Position numbers and translations under genes: made by a program | Notes under the pieces: generated by a model | The model's input: the letters and a program-made list of their open reading frames with translations, nothing else | The model's database searches: none | Told to the model about the DNA's origin: nothing | Assembly: GCA_036280655.1 (NCBI GenBank) | Contig: DASUQI010000020.1 | Location: forward strand, 86,049-150,048 | Direction: 5' to 3' | DNA: 64,000 nucleotides | Origin: Actinomycetota bacterium | GTDB lineage: Bacteria; Actinomycetota; UBA4738; HRBIN12 | Shown here: in pieces, positions 10,375-20,001 of the stretch | How the letters are laid out: every line of letters starts with the position of its first letter | Position numbering within the stretch: the stretch's first letter is position 1

Positions 10375-11675
10375 CGCCCGCTCGATGACCGGTCGATCTC
10401 GAGACGGAGGAAGTGCGTGGCGCAGCTGATGCACGGGTCGTAGTTCCGCACGACCATCTCGCAGAGCCGGGTGAGCTCGTCGTCCGGTCGGTCGAGCACC
10501 CCCGGCAGGAATCCCCGCAGGTCCTCCTCCATGTGTCGCAGGTTCTGCGAGGTGGGGGGGATGATCTTCGCCTCGAGGATCCTGCCGCCCTCGTCGACCT
10601 CGTAGCGGTGGTACAGCGTCCCGCGCGGCGCCTCGGTGACCCACGTCGCCCGGCCGGCTCGGGGGGTGGGCTCGACCATCGGCGGGTCCGGTGCCGTGTA
10701 CCCATCGATGATCCGGATCGACTCCTCGATCGCGAGGGTCACCTCTGCGGCGCGGGCGGCCATCGAGAAGAACGGGTCGGTCTCCGGCACCCGGAGCCCG
10801 ACCCGCTCGGCCACCTCCCGCGCGACCGGCGTGAGCAGCGACGCGTTGAGGTTGACCCGGGCGAGCGGACCGAGGAAGTACGGGGTCCCGGTGTCGCTCA
10901 TGAGCGAGTGGAGGGCGTTCGAGTGTTCGACCTGCACCTCGTGCGTCACCCGCTCGTAGGTCGTCGCGTCCCACCGCCGGCCGTTCGTCGAGGCCATGTC
11001 GCCGACGGTGATCGGGTATTCGGAGTCGTGCACCATCGAAACCATCTCGGCCGGGCGCGCGTACGACGGCGCCGGAAGCGACGCGACGAAGTCGGCGATC
11101 CCCGGCATCTCGCCGAGCGCCCATTCCAGGCGCGGGAGGAACGGCTCGAGATCCCGCGTACGCGGAGCCTTCGAGAATCCCCCGACGCGTGGGGACACCG
11201 GATGGATCTCCCGACCGCCGATGGCCGCCATGAGGTCGTTGCCGATCCGCTTGATCTCGAGCGCGCGCTTCACGAGCTCGGGGTGCTCGGTCGCCATCTC
11301 GATCGCGTTCGCGAAACCGAGGAAGTCGGGGGCGGCGAGCAGGAAGATGTGCAGCACGTGGCTCTCGATCCACTCCCCGCAGTAGAGGAGCCGCCGGAGC
11401 TCGTGCGTGCCCTCCGGCAACTCCATACCGAAGAGTTGCTCGAGCCCGTGGACCGCGCTCATCTGGTAGGCGACCGGACAGATCCCGCATATCCGCGGGA
11501 CGATGTCGGGGACCTCGTCGAAGCGCCGGCCTGCCAGGAACGCCTCGAAGAATCTGGGCGGCTCGTAGATCTCGAGCCGCAGGTCCGTGATCTCGCCGTC
11601 CTCGACCGCGACGTGGAGCGCGCCCTCACCCTCCACCCGCGCGATCACGGGGACCTCGACCGACCGGTGCGTCAT
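10371..11675 (-). CDS. [NiFe]-hydrogenase large (alpha) subunit, group 3b (sulfhydrogenase/NADP-coupled type).
   Basis: The N-terminal L1 motif is RICGICPVAYQ and the C-terminal L2 motif is DPCISCATHFL. It is about 435 aa and is followed by a dedicated protease. Confidence 0.9.
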   Translation of the reverse strand: MTHRSVEVPVIARVEGEGALHVAVEDGEITDLRLEIYEPPRFFEAFLAGRRFDEVPDIVPRICGICPVAYQMSAVHGLEQLFGMELPEGTHELRRLLYCGEWIESHVLHIFLLAAPDFLGFANAIEMATEHPELVKRALEIKRIGNDLMAAIGGREIHPVSPRVGGFSKAPRTRDLEPFLPRLEWALGEMPGIADFVASLPAPSYARPAEMVSMVHDSEYPITVGDMASTNGRRWDATTYERVTHEVQVEHSNALHSLMSDTGTPYFLGPLARVNLNASLLTPVAREVAERVGLRVPETDPFFSMAARAAEVTLAIEESIRIIDGYTAPDPPMVEPTPRAGRATWVTEAPRGTLYHRYEVDEGGRILEAKIIPPTSQNLRHMEEDLRGFLPGVLDRPDDELTRLCEMVVRNYDPCISCATHFLRLEIDRSSSGR

Positions 11676-12472
11676 CTCGTCGACTCCTTCGGCTCGAGGG
11701 CGTCGGCGGCCTCGCGGAAGGGCGGCGCCCAACCCGTGATGAACCGGAACCGGTCGGCGGCGTCCTTCTCGGTCACCCCGAGCTCGATGAACCGCCGCCC
11801 GAGCGCGTTGGTGTTGTTGGAGGGCTGGGCGGGCCCGAAGCAGCCGTAGCAGCCACGGCCGAACCCGGGACACAGGGCGCCGCATCCCGTCCGCGTGACC
11901 GGGCCGAGGCACGGCTCGCCCTTCGCGACGACGACGCAGACGTAGCCCCGCCGCTTGCACTCGAGGCAGACCGGCGAGTCGGACACCCGAGGCATGGCGC
12001 CCGTGAGCAGCGAACCGAGGGCACCCAGGAGCTGTCCCCGGTCGACCGGGCAACCCGTCAGCTGCAGGTCCACGGTCACGTAGTCCGAGATCGGGTGGGA
12101 GTCCTCCAGCGATCGCACGTACTCCGGTGTCGGGTAGACGGTACGGACGAACTCGTCGTGCCTGCCGGTCGCGTTCCGCAGCGCCTGCACGCCGCCGCTC
12201 GTCGCGCACGCGCCGATCGTGATCACGATCCTCGACTCGTGCCGGATCTGCCGGATCTGCGCCTCCTGCTCGGGCGTCGAGACGGACCCCTCCACGAGCG
12301 TGATGTCGTACGGGCCGGGTTCGATCCGGCTCGAGGCCTCGGCGAAGTTCACGATGTCGATCGCGCCGGCGAGCTCGAGCAGCGCCCGCTCGGCGTCCAG
12401 GAACTGGAGCTGGCAGCCGTCGCAGGAGGCCATCTTGAAGACGGCGACGCGCGGCTTCCCGGTCTCGCTCAC
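11672..12472 (-). CDS. [NiFe]-hydrogenase small (delta) subunit, group 3.
   Basis: Cys-rich FeS motifs include CDGCQ, GACATSGG and CLECKRRGYVCV...CLGPVTRTGCGALCPGFGRGCYGC. A GTG start at 12472 overlaps the upstream stop. Confidence 0.85.
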   Translation of the reverse strand: MSETGKPRVAVFKMASCDGCQLQFLDAERALLELAGAIDIVNFAEASSRIEPGPYDITLVEGSVSTPEQEAQIRQIRHESRIVITIGACATSGGVQALRNATGRHDEFVRTVYPTPEYVRSLEDSHPISDYVTVDLQLTGCPVDRGQLLGALGSLLTGAMPRVSDSPVCLECKRRGYVCVVVAKGEPCLGPVTRTGCGALCPGFGRGCYGCFGPAQPSNNTNALGRRFIELGVTEKDAADRFRFITGWAPPFREAADALEPKESTR

Positions 12473-13344
12473 AGTTCGGGCACCTCCATGAGGTCGCGGA
12501 CCCGGTCGTAGCGGAAGACCGGCCCGTCCGTACAGACGAAGTACGGGCCGAGCTGGCAGTGCCCGCAGATCCGGATCGCGCACTGCATGTTCCGCTCCAT
12601 CGACACGTAGAGCCGTTCGGCGGGGACCCCGAGGTCGAGGAGGCCACCGCCGCTGAACCGCATCATGACCTCGGGTCCGCAGATGAACGCCGTGGTGCGT
12701 GCCGGTTCGATCTTCGCCTTCTCGAAGAGCGTGGTGACCACCCCGACGCCGTAGAGCCAGCCCGGCTCGGGCTCGTCCACGGTCAGGTGCAGCTCGACGC
12801 CGAGGCGCTCCATCGAGGCGAGCCACTCGTCGAGCTGCGCCTGGTACGGCAGCAGGCTCGGCGTGCGCGCCCCGACGAGCAGGAGCAGGCGGCGGAAGCG
12901 GTCTCGATGCCGCATCGCCCACTCGATCGCGGGGCGCACCGGGCAGACGCCGAGGCCGCCCGCGACGACGAGGAGGTCACCCCCCTCAGCCTCGTCCAAC
13001 GGCCAGGGGCGGCCGAACGGGCCCCGGACGCCGAGCTCGTCGCCGGGCCGGAGATCCCGGAACGCGTCGGTCACGCGACCGGTGAAGCGGATCGTGTGCC
13101 CGAGCCGCTGCGGGTGCGACGGGTCCGAGCTGATCGAGATCGGGATCTCGCCCACGCCGAACAGGTACAGCATGTTGAACTGCCCGGCCTCGAAGGCGTA
13201 GCCATCGCCGTCCCCGTCGCGCCACGTCGACCAGAACGTGGATGAGTCGGGCGTCTCGGGGACGATCCGCTGGATCACCGCGACTCGGCTCGGCACCCCT
13301 TCGGGGTCGGCGGACCGGACCGCGTGGGGCGCCGGAACGCTCAC
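12469..13344 (-). CDS. Hydrogenase gamma subunit, an FAD/NAD(P)-binding oxidoreductase with a C-terminal 2Fe-2S Cys cluster (HydG/PyrK-like).
   Basis: The ferredoxin-reductase-type fold shows in ...GQFNMLYLFGVGEIPISI...GRPWP... with a C-terminal CAIRICGHCQLGP. A GTG start overlaps the hydB stop as GTGA. Confidence 0.8.
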   Translation of the reverse strand: MSVPAPHAVRSADPEGVPSRVAVIQRIVPETPDSSTFWSTWRDGDGDGYAFEAGQFNMLYLFGVGEIPISISSDPSHPQRLGHTIRFTGRVTDAFRDLRPGDELGVRGPFGRPWPLDEAEGGDLLVVAGGLGVCPVRPAIEWAMRHRDRFRRLLLLVGARTPSLLPYQAQLDEWLASMERLGVELHLTVDEPEPGWLYGVGVVTTLFEKAKIEPARTTAFICGPEVMMRFSGGGLLDLGVPAERLYVSMERNMQCAIRICGHCQLGPYFVCTDGPVFRYDRVRDLMEVPEL

Positions 13345-14447
13345 GAGGTCACCACCTCCACCTCGCCGTCCGTGATGCGGATCGCCGTGATCTCCTCGGT
13401 CACGTCGATGCCGACCGGGCACCACGTGATGCACCGGCCGCAGCCCACACACCCCGACGTCCCGTACTGGTCGATCCACGAGGCGAACTTGTGCGTCAGC
13501 CACTGTCGGTAACGGGAGGCGCGCGTCGTTCGCACCGATGCGCCCGCGGCCCAGCTGTGCTCCTGGCTGAAGCAGCTCGCCCACTCCCTCGTCCGCGTGG
13601 CGACGTCGCCCGAGAGCGACACGTCGTCGACGACGTCGTGGCAGAAGCACGTGGGGCAGACCATCGTGCAGTTCGTGCATGCGAGGCAGCGGTCGGCGAC
13701 CTCCTCCCACCGGGGATGCTTGGCGTTCCGGTACAGGAGACTCGGCAGGTCCGAGGTGTCGAGCCGGCGGCCCATGCGGGTGGCCGCCTCCGATGTCACT
13801 CGCTCGGGTTGCAGCGTCTCTTCCGCCGTCGCCTCGCGCGTCTCGACCGCGTCGAGCAGGTGCTCGCCGCGTTCGGTGCCGACCTCGACGACGAACCCGT
13901 CATCGAGCTCGGTGAGGGCGAGATCGAACCCGATCGTGCACCGGGGACCGGTCCCCATCGAGACGCAGAAGCACGTCGCGCCGGGCTCCCCGCAGTTCAC
14001 GCCCACGAACAGGGCGCGTTCGCGACGGCGCCGGTATCGGGGGTCGACGTCCATGAAGACGCGATCCTGTACGGCGATCGCGTGGAGGTCGCACGATCGG
14101 AGGCCGACGAACGCGAACGGCCGGTCGCCTTCGGGCGCCGGCGTCGCCCGCGTGCCCCCGTCGCGGGAGATCGTCGACAGCTCCTCCCGGGAGGGGAACA
14201 GGTAGCGCTTGCCCGCATCGGGACCGTGCGCCCATCCGAACACCCGGTCGTCATCTCGGGACGTGAGTCGGTAGGTGCCGGGCCCCTGTTCCTCGCCGAC
14301 ACCGGCCGGAAGGTCGCCGGCGCCCTCGATCCGGTCGAGCACGATCGCTCCGTCGCGGACCGTCGGCCCGATCAGGTCGTAGCCGTCCGCGATCGAGCGC
14401 AGGAGCCCGTCGAACGCCCGCCGGTCGAGGTACCTCATCACCGCCAT
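13341..14447 (-). CDS. Hydrogenase beta subunit, an iron-sulfur protein (HydB-like) with multiple 4Fe-4S Cys motifs.
   Basis: Motifs CLACTNCTMVCPTCFC and CVGCGRCITWCPVG are present. It is about 368 aa from MAVMRYLD. A GAAGGGGG-like RBS is present. Confidence 0.8.
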   Translation of the reverse strand: MAVMRYLDRRAFDGLLRSIADGYDLIGPTVRDGAIVLDRIEGAGDLPAGVGEEQGPGTYRLTSRDDDRVFGWAHGPDAGKRYLFPSREELSTISRDGGTRATPAPEGDRPFAFVGLRSCDLHAIAVQDRVFMDVDPRYRRRRERALFVGVNCGEPGATCFCVSMGTGPRCTIGFDLALTELDDGFVVEVGTERGEHLLDAVETREATAEETLQPERVTSEAATRMGRRLDTSDLPSLLYRNAKHPRWEEVADRCLACTNCTMVCPTCFCHDVVDDVSLSGDVATRTREWASCFSQEHSWAAGASVRTTRASRYRQWLTHKFASWIDQYGTSGCVGCGRCITWCPVGIDVTEEITAIRITDGEVEVVTS

Positions 14448-14519
14448 CCGCGACACTACCCCCTTCGGGGTCGAGCTTCGTCGGGCCCGGGGCGATCCCA
14501 GGAGGGACAACGGCACGGT

Positions 14520-14545
14520 CCGGGCGGGACCATGGTCCCGCCCGG
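14520..14545. promoter_or_regulatory. A 26-bp perfect palindrome CCGGGCGGGACCATGGTCCCGCCCGG, a candidate operator with a DosR-box-like core GGGACC-AT-GGTCCC.
   Basis: It is perfectly self-complementary and lies in the 265-bp divergent intergenic region about 75 bp upstream of the hydB start. It matches 16 of 18 positions of the mycobacterial DosR consensus SGGGACTWWAGTCCCS. Confidence 0.45.
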
Positions 14546-14712
14546 GTCGCCGGTCACGCACCAGGCACGAGCCAGGTCTTCCGAGGAAGGACCTTCGGCC
14601 CGTCGACAGCCCGCCGAACGGCCCCTGGCGCCGGCGCGCTGCCTCGTCAGAGTGCAGCCCATGACCGGCGCCCCACGGGAGGGGCGCGGCGGATGGACCA
14701 AGGAGGTGCGTG

Positions 14713-15270
14713 ATGAAGAAGGCCTTCCCGATCGTGCTGATGGTGATCGGCCTGGCGTTCGTCGTGGGCGGCACGTACACGGTGTTCCGTGGCCTCGACG
14801 CTCGCGACCAGGTGCGAGAGGAGCTCCTTGCGCAGAACATCGTGACGCCGGAGGACGCCTCCATCCCCAACACGCAGGTGACGGACGCCGCCACCGCGGA
14901 GTCGATGGCGGACATCATCAACGTGCACGCACGCGAGGCGACGGGTGACCGCTCCTACGCGGAGCTCGGCCGGTACCTGACGCCCGACGGTGGGGACACG
15001 AGCGACGAGGCCGAGGCGCTGAAGGACTCCGAGGGTAACCCGGTCGCGAACCCCGTTCGGGATGTCGCGTTCACGGCGTCGGCGCTGCGGACGAGCCTGT
15101 ACGCGTCGATCCTCGCGTTCAACGTCGCGGACCTGGTGGTCGGTCTCGGCGTTGCGATCGTGGTGCTCGGCCTGGCCGTCGGTGGCATCGGCGTCGCCCT
15201 GGCGGCGCTGGCGATCCCGGCCCTGGCTCGCCGCTTCCACGTCCAGCCCGTGGCCGCACAGCACGGCTGA
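14713..15270 (+). CDS. Hypothetical membrane protein with an N-terminal TM, a periplasmic-type domain and a C-terminal Ala/Gly-rich TM, transcribed divergently from the hydrogenase operon.
   Basis: An AAGGAGG RBS lies 8 nt before ATG 14713. GC3 is high. Confidence 0.6.
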   Translation: MKKAFPIVLMVIGLAFVVGGTYTVFRGLDARDQVREELLAQNIVTPEDASIPNTQVTDAATAESMADIINVHAREATGDRSYAELGRYLTPDGGDTSDEAEALKDSEGNPVANPVRDVAFTASALRTSLYASILAFNVADLVVGLGVAIVVLGLAVGGIGVALAALAIPALARRFHVQPVAAQHG

Positions 15271-15343
15271 TCCGCATCTCTCACGACGAGCTGCCCGGTC
15301 ATCCACCGGGCAGCTCGTTCGCGGCATCCGGGCCGCGCGCGGT

Positions 15344-16705
15344 CTAGACGACGCCCTGATCGAGCATCGCGTCGGCCACCCGGATGAACCCCGCGATATT
15401 CGCGCCGTTCACGTAGTTCCCCGGCGTGTTGTACTCCTCCGCCGCCTCGAGGCACCGCTGATGTATCGACTTCACGATGTCCTTGAGCCGCGCGTCCACT
15501 TCCTCGCGGGTCCAGTGCAGGCGCTCCGCATCCTGCGTCATCTCGAGACCGGAGACCGCCACGCCTCCGGCGTTCGCGGCCTTGCCGGGACCGAACAGGA
15601 TCCCCTCGCCCAGGAACCGCTCGATGCCGTCGGGAACCGTGGGCATGTTCGCGCCCTCGCAGACCACGAACACGCCGTTGTTGAGCAGGTTCGCCGCGTC
15701 CTTCGCGTTGATCTCGTTCTCCGTGGCGCTGGGGAAGGCGCAGTTGGCGGGCACATCCCAGAGCGGGTTGGAGTCCGCCTGCGGGTCGGCGGGCGTGAAC
15801 GTCGCATCCGTGAATCGCTCCGCGTACTCGTGGATCCGCCCGCGACGCTCGTTCTTCAACGCCTTCACCCATCGCAGCTTCTCGAGGTCGATCCCGTTCG
15901 GGTCGTGCACGAAACCCCCCGAGTCCGACAGGGTGATCGGCCTGGCGCCCATGTCGATCAGCTTTGCGGTCGTGTACTGGGCGACGTTGCCCGACCCGGA
16001 GACGAGACATACCTTGCCCTCGAGCGCGTCGTCGCGCGTGAGGAGCATCTGCTGCGCGAAGTAGACGGACCCGTAGCCCGTGGCCTCGGGACGGATCAGT
16101 GAGCCGCCCCACCCGACACCCTTGCCCGTGAGTACCCCGCTGAACTCGTTCCTGATCCGCTTGTACTGCCCGAAGAGGTAGCCGATCTCCCGCGCCCCCA
16201 CGCCGATGTCCCCGGCGGGAACGTCGGTGTTCGGCCCGATGTGTCGTTGGAGCTCGGTCATGAACGACTGGCAGAACCGCATCACCTCGCCGTCGCTCCT
16301 GCCCTTCGGGTCGAAGTCGGCGCCGCCCTTCCCGCCGCCGAGGGGGAGGCCCGTCAGGGCGTTCTTGAACACCTGTTCGAAGGCGAGGAACTTGAGCATC
16401 CCCAGGTCCACGGTGGGCTGGAAGCGCAGTCCTCCCTTGTACGGTCCGATCGCGCCGTTCATCTCGACCCGGTAGCCCCGGTTCACTCGGATCTCGCCCG
16501 TGTCGTCGACCCATGGGACCCGGAACATCAAGACGCGCTCGGGTTCGAGCAGGCGCTCGAGGATCCGACCTTCGCGGTATCCGAGGTTGCGGTCCAGCAC
16601 GACGCGCAGCGACCCTAGGACCTCTGACACGGCCTGATGGAACTCGGGTTCGTGCGGGTTGCGTTCGATCAGGTCCGAGATGAGTCGGTCGACGTCTCCG
16701 TTCAT
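15344..16705 (-). CDS. gdhA: NADP-specific glutamate dehydrogenase.
   Basis: It has 453 aa with full-length GDH motifs (GPYKGGLRFQP, LPLGGGKGGADFDPKG, GSGNVAQY). An AAGGAGG RBS is present. Confidence 0.92.
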   Translation of the reverse strand: MNGDVDRLISDLIERNPHEPEFHQAVSEVLGSLRVVLDRNLGYREGRILERLLEPERVLMFRVPWVDDTGEIRVNRGYRVEMNGAIGPYKGGLRFQPTVDLGMLKFLAFEQVFKNALTGLPLGGGKGGADFDPKGRSDGEVMRFCQSFMTELQRHIGPNTDVPAGDIGVGAREIGYLFGQYKRIRNEFSGVLTGKGVGWGGSLIRPEATGYGSVYFAQQMLLTRDDALEGKVCLVSGSGNVAQYTTAKLIDMGARPITLSDSGGFVHDPNGIDLEKLRWVKALKNERRGRIHEYAERFTDATFTPADPQADSNPLWDVPANCAFPSATENEINAKDAANLLNNGVFVVCEGANMPTVPDGIERFLGEGILFGPGKAANAGGVAVSGLEMTQDAERLHWTREEVDARLKDIVKSIHQRCLEAAEEYNTPGNYVNGANIAGFIRVADAMLDQGVV

Positions 16706-16855
16706 CGTCGGCCTCCTTTCGAGGGTCTCTGTTCGACCGTAGCGCCTCAGTTCCCTCTCGATCCTCGTCGATGGCCCCGTCCCGTGGGGGACCGATGGCC
16801 GGCCCGAAGCGTTGCATCCGGAGAGCGCTCGTAGGGGGTCGCTCGCGCCCGAGCG

Positions 16856-18595
16856 TCAGACGGCGGTGTAAGGGAGGTAGCGGGGCTGCCACATCATCGC
16901 GTCCACGGCCTTCTCGAGCTCGTCGTCGCCGAGATGGCGGCCGACACCCTCCTCTCGCGCGGCTCTCGCGACCTCGATCGCGACCGCTCTGGAAACCAGG
17001 CGAAGGTCGGACTGGCTCGGATACAGCGCCCCATGTCGGAGTCGCTCGTCCGGCGTGGCAGCGGCCAACGCATCGCTCGCAACGAGGAACATCTCGTCCG
17101 TGATCACTCGGGCTTCCGCGACCACGGCCCCGAGTCCGATGCCGGGGAAACAGAAGGCGTTGTTCGCCTGGCCGATCAGGTGCGTCCGATCGCCGCGGAC
17201 GACGGCCTCGAACGGGCTGCCGGTCGCGACGATGGCTCGTCCCTGCGTCCACTCCAGGACGTCCTCCGGCCGGGCCTCGGTCTTGGAGGTGGGGTTCGAG
17301 AGCGGGAGGATCACCGGGGTGGGGGTATGGGCAGCCATCTCTCGGATCGCGGTCTCGCCGAACGCGCCGGGCGAGCCGCTCGTGCCGATCAAGAACGTCG
17401 GATGGACGCGCCGAACGACGGCCTCGAGCCCGTACCGCTCGCCGGGAACGAAGCCGTAGGTCGCCATGGCATCAGCTCCGAGTGCGAATTCCTCCTTGTC
17501 GGCGTCCAGTCGCTCGCGGCCGAGGTACGTCAGGCCGCGAGAGTCGAGCTGGACGATGGCGCTGTGGATGAGGTCCTCGGGCGCGCCCTCCCGGCGGAGC
17601 CGAGCCCGGAGGAGGCGTGCGATCCCGATCCCCGCCGCCCCGGCGCCGAGGAACACGGATCGCGACGCGGCGAGCGGCCCGCCCGTCACCCGAAGCGCCG
17701 ACGTGATCCCGGCCATCACGACCGCGGCCGTGCCCTGGATGTCGTCGTTCAAGCTCGTGATCCGGTGCCGGTAGCGATCGAGCAGGCGGATCGCGTTGTG
17801 CTGCTTGAAGTCCTCCCATTGGAGGACCGCGTGCGGGAAGACCTCGATCACGCCCTCGACGAAGGCCTCGATGAACTCGAGGTACTCGATACCCCGCAGG
17901 CGCGGGTGTGGATAGCCGAAGTAGTCCGGGTCGGCGAGCAGCGCCTCGTTGTCGGTCCCCACGTCGAGGGAGACGGGCAGCGTGAGCGCCGGATGGATCC
18001 CTGCTCCCGCCGTGTACAGCGCGAGCTTCCCGACGGGGATCCCCATGCCGCCGGCGCCCTGGTCGCCGAGCCCGAGGATCCGCTCGTTGTCGGTCGCGAC
18101 GATCAGGCGGACGTCATCGTGCCGCGCGTTCGCCAGCAGATCGGGGATCCGATCGATGTCGTCGGGAGTGAGCCAGAGTCCACGGGGCCTGCGCATGATG
18201 TGGCTGTATCCCTGGCAGGCGCGACCGACGACCGGCGTGTAGACGATCGGCATCAGCTCCTGGAGATGTGCGAGCAGGAGCGCATAGAACAGCGTCTCGT
18301 TCCGATCCTGGAGCGCTGCGAGCCCGATGAAGCGCTCGAGGTCGTCCCGTTTGCGGCGATTCTTGGCGAGCTCGAGCCTCACCTGCTCGTCGAGCGAACG
18401 GACCCGTGGAGGCAGGAGCCCGCGGAGGCCGAACATCTCGCGCTCCTCCTCGGTGAACGCGGTGTCCTTGTTGAGGAGGGGTTGCTCGAGGAGCTCATGC
18501 CCGCGCTGGTGAACCGGCACCGAACTCCGTCCCGTCCGCAGAGCGTCGACCCATGTGCGTTCGTCAGTCCGCTCACGCTCGATCGTCGCGCTCAT
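16856..18595 (-). CDS. maeA: NAD-dependent malic enzyme.
   Basis: The 579-aa protein shows malic-enzyme N-terminal, dinucleotide-binding and C-terminal regions (FNDDIQGTAAV, GAGAAGIGIA). The ATG overlaps the pntB stop as ATGA. Confidence 0.9.
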   Translation of the reverse strand: MSATIERERTDERTWVDALRTGRSSVPVHQRGHELLEQPLLNKDTAFTEEEREMFGLRGLLPPRVRSLDEQVRLELAKNRRKRDDLERFIGLAALQDRNETLFYALLLAHLQELMPIVYTPVVGRACQGYSHIMRRPRGLWLTPDDIDRIPDLLANARHDDVRLIVATDNERILGLGDQGAGGMGIPVGKLALYTAGAGIHPALTLPVSLDVGTDNEALLADPDYFGYPHPRLRGIEYLEFIEAFVEGVIEVFPHAVLQWEDFKQHNAIRLLDRYRHRITSLNDDIQGTAAVVMAGITSALRVTGGPLAASRSVFLGAGAAGIGIARLLRARLRREGAPEDLIHSAIVQLDSRGLTYLGRERLDADKEEFALGADAMATYGFVPGERYGLEAVVRRVHPTFLIGTSGSPGAFGETAIREMAAHTPTPVILPLSNPTSKTEARPEDVLEWTQGRAIVATGSPFEAVVRGDRTHLIGQANNAFCFPGIGLGAVVAEARVITDEMFLVASDALAAATPDERLRHGALYPSQSDLRLVSRAVAIEVARAAREEGVGRHLGDDELEKAVDAMMWQPRYLPYTAV

Positions 18596-20001
18596 GCCGC
18601 AGCCACCTCCCTCACGGGCAGCTTCGAGAGCTCGTCGACCACCCTGCCGATGACGTCCTTCGCGTCGCCGAAGAGCATCTGCGTCTTGTCGAGGTAGAAG
18701 AGATCGTTCTCGACGCCGGCGAAGCCCGAGCGCATCGAGCGCTTCACGACGATGATCGACGCCGCCGCGTCGACGTCGAGGATCGGCATCCCGTAGATGG
18801 GACTCGTCCTGTCGGTGCGCGCCGCCGGGTTCACGACGTCGTTCGCCCCGATCACCAGGACGACGTCGGTCTGGGGGAGCTCGGGGTTGATCGACTCGAG
18901 GTCGAAGAGCCGGTCGTAGGGAACGTTCGCCTCTGCGAGCAGGACGTTCATGTGTCCAGGCATCCTCCCGGCCACCGGGTGGATCGCGAACCTGACCTCC
19001 ACCCCCCGGCTCAGGAGCGCATCGCCGAGCTCGCGAACCTTGTGCTGGGCCTGGGCGGCGGCCATCCCGTATCCGGGCACCACCACGACCGATCGGGCGG
19101 CATCGAGCAGGAACGCGGTCTCCTCCGGATCGACGCTCCGGACGGGACGGTGCTCGATCGTCCCCTCGGCTCCGGCCTCTGCCCCGAAGCCGCCGAACAG
19201 GACGTTCAGGAACGAGCGGTTCATCGCCTTGCACATCACGATCGACAGGAACAGGCCGCTCGAGCCGTCGAGGGCGCCGGCGACGATCAGCAGCTTGTTG
19301 TCGAGCACGAAGCCCATCATCGAAGCCGAGAGTCCGGCGAAGCTGTTGAGGAGCGAGATCACGGTGGGCATGTCGGCGCCGCCGATCCGGATCACGAGCA
19401 TCACGCCGAACACCAGCGAGAACACGACCACGGCCGGGAACAGGGCGGTCGCTCCGGGGTTCGCCACGAGCAGGCCGACCATGATGAGCGCCGCTCCCAG
19501 GATCGAGAGGTTCACGAGGTTTTGACCGCGGTACACCCATGGCCGGTCTCGGACGATCCCTTGCAGCTTGCCGGCCGCGACGAGCGATCCGGTGAACGTC
19601 AGGAAGCCGAGGACGACCTCCAGACCGAGGGTCACCATCGTGGTCGCGTCGATCTCGGGTCGCCGGAGGTAGAACTCCGCGGTGCCGACGAGGCCGGCCG
19701 CCAGGGCGCCGAAGGCATGGGAGAGCGCCGTCCTCTGGGGCACCGCGGTCATCGGGACCAGGAGGCCCAGCGGCACGCCGAGCGCGACGCCGGCCACGAT
19801 CGCGATCGCGATCCACCGGAACTCGACGATCTCGAACTCGAAGAGCGTCGCAACGACCGCCACGAGCATCCCGACCTCGCCCGTCCGGACGCCGCGCCTG
19901 GCCGTCGTCGGGTGGGACAGCCACTTCAACGCCAGCACGAAGCACGCCGCGGCGAACAGATAGGCAAGCGGGAGGAGCGTGTCGTTCACGATCTCGCTCA
20001 C
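18592..20001 (-). CDS. pntB: NAD(P) transhydrogenase beta subunit.
   Basis: It has 469 aa with multiple TM helices and a C-terminal NADP(H)-binding domain (GYGMAAAQAQ...GANDVVNPAA). Confidence 0.9.
   Translation of the reverse strand: MSEIVNDTLLPLAYLFAAACFVLALKWLSHPTTARRGVRTGEVGMLVAVVATLFEFEIVEFRWIAIAIVAGVALGVPLGLLVPMTAVPQRTALSHAFGALAAGLVGTAEFYLRRPEIDATTMVTLGLEVVLGFLTFTGSLVAAGKLQGIVRDRPWVYRGQNLVNLSILGAALIMVGLLVANPGATALFPAVVVFSLVFGVMLVIRIGGADMPTVISLLNSFAGLSASMMGFVLDNKLLIVAGALDGSSGLFLSIVMCKAMNRSFLNVLFGGFGAEAGAEGTIEHRPVRSVDPEETAFLLDAARSVVVVPGYGMAAAQAQHKVRELGDALLSRGVEVRFAIHPVAGRMPGHMNVLLAEANVPYDRLFDLESINPELPQTDVVLVIGANDVVNPAARTDRTSPIYGMPILDVDAAASIIVVKRSMRSGFAGVENDLFYLDKTQMLFGDAKDVIGRVVDELSKLPVREVAAA

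Noticed and set aside
16706-16855. GTCCC-N4-GGGAC everted repeat between maeA and gdhA considered as a DosR box.
   Set aside because: The orientation is everted rather than inverted relative to the DosR consensus. It is more consistent with a weak 5-bp-stem hairpin.
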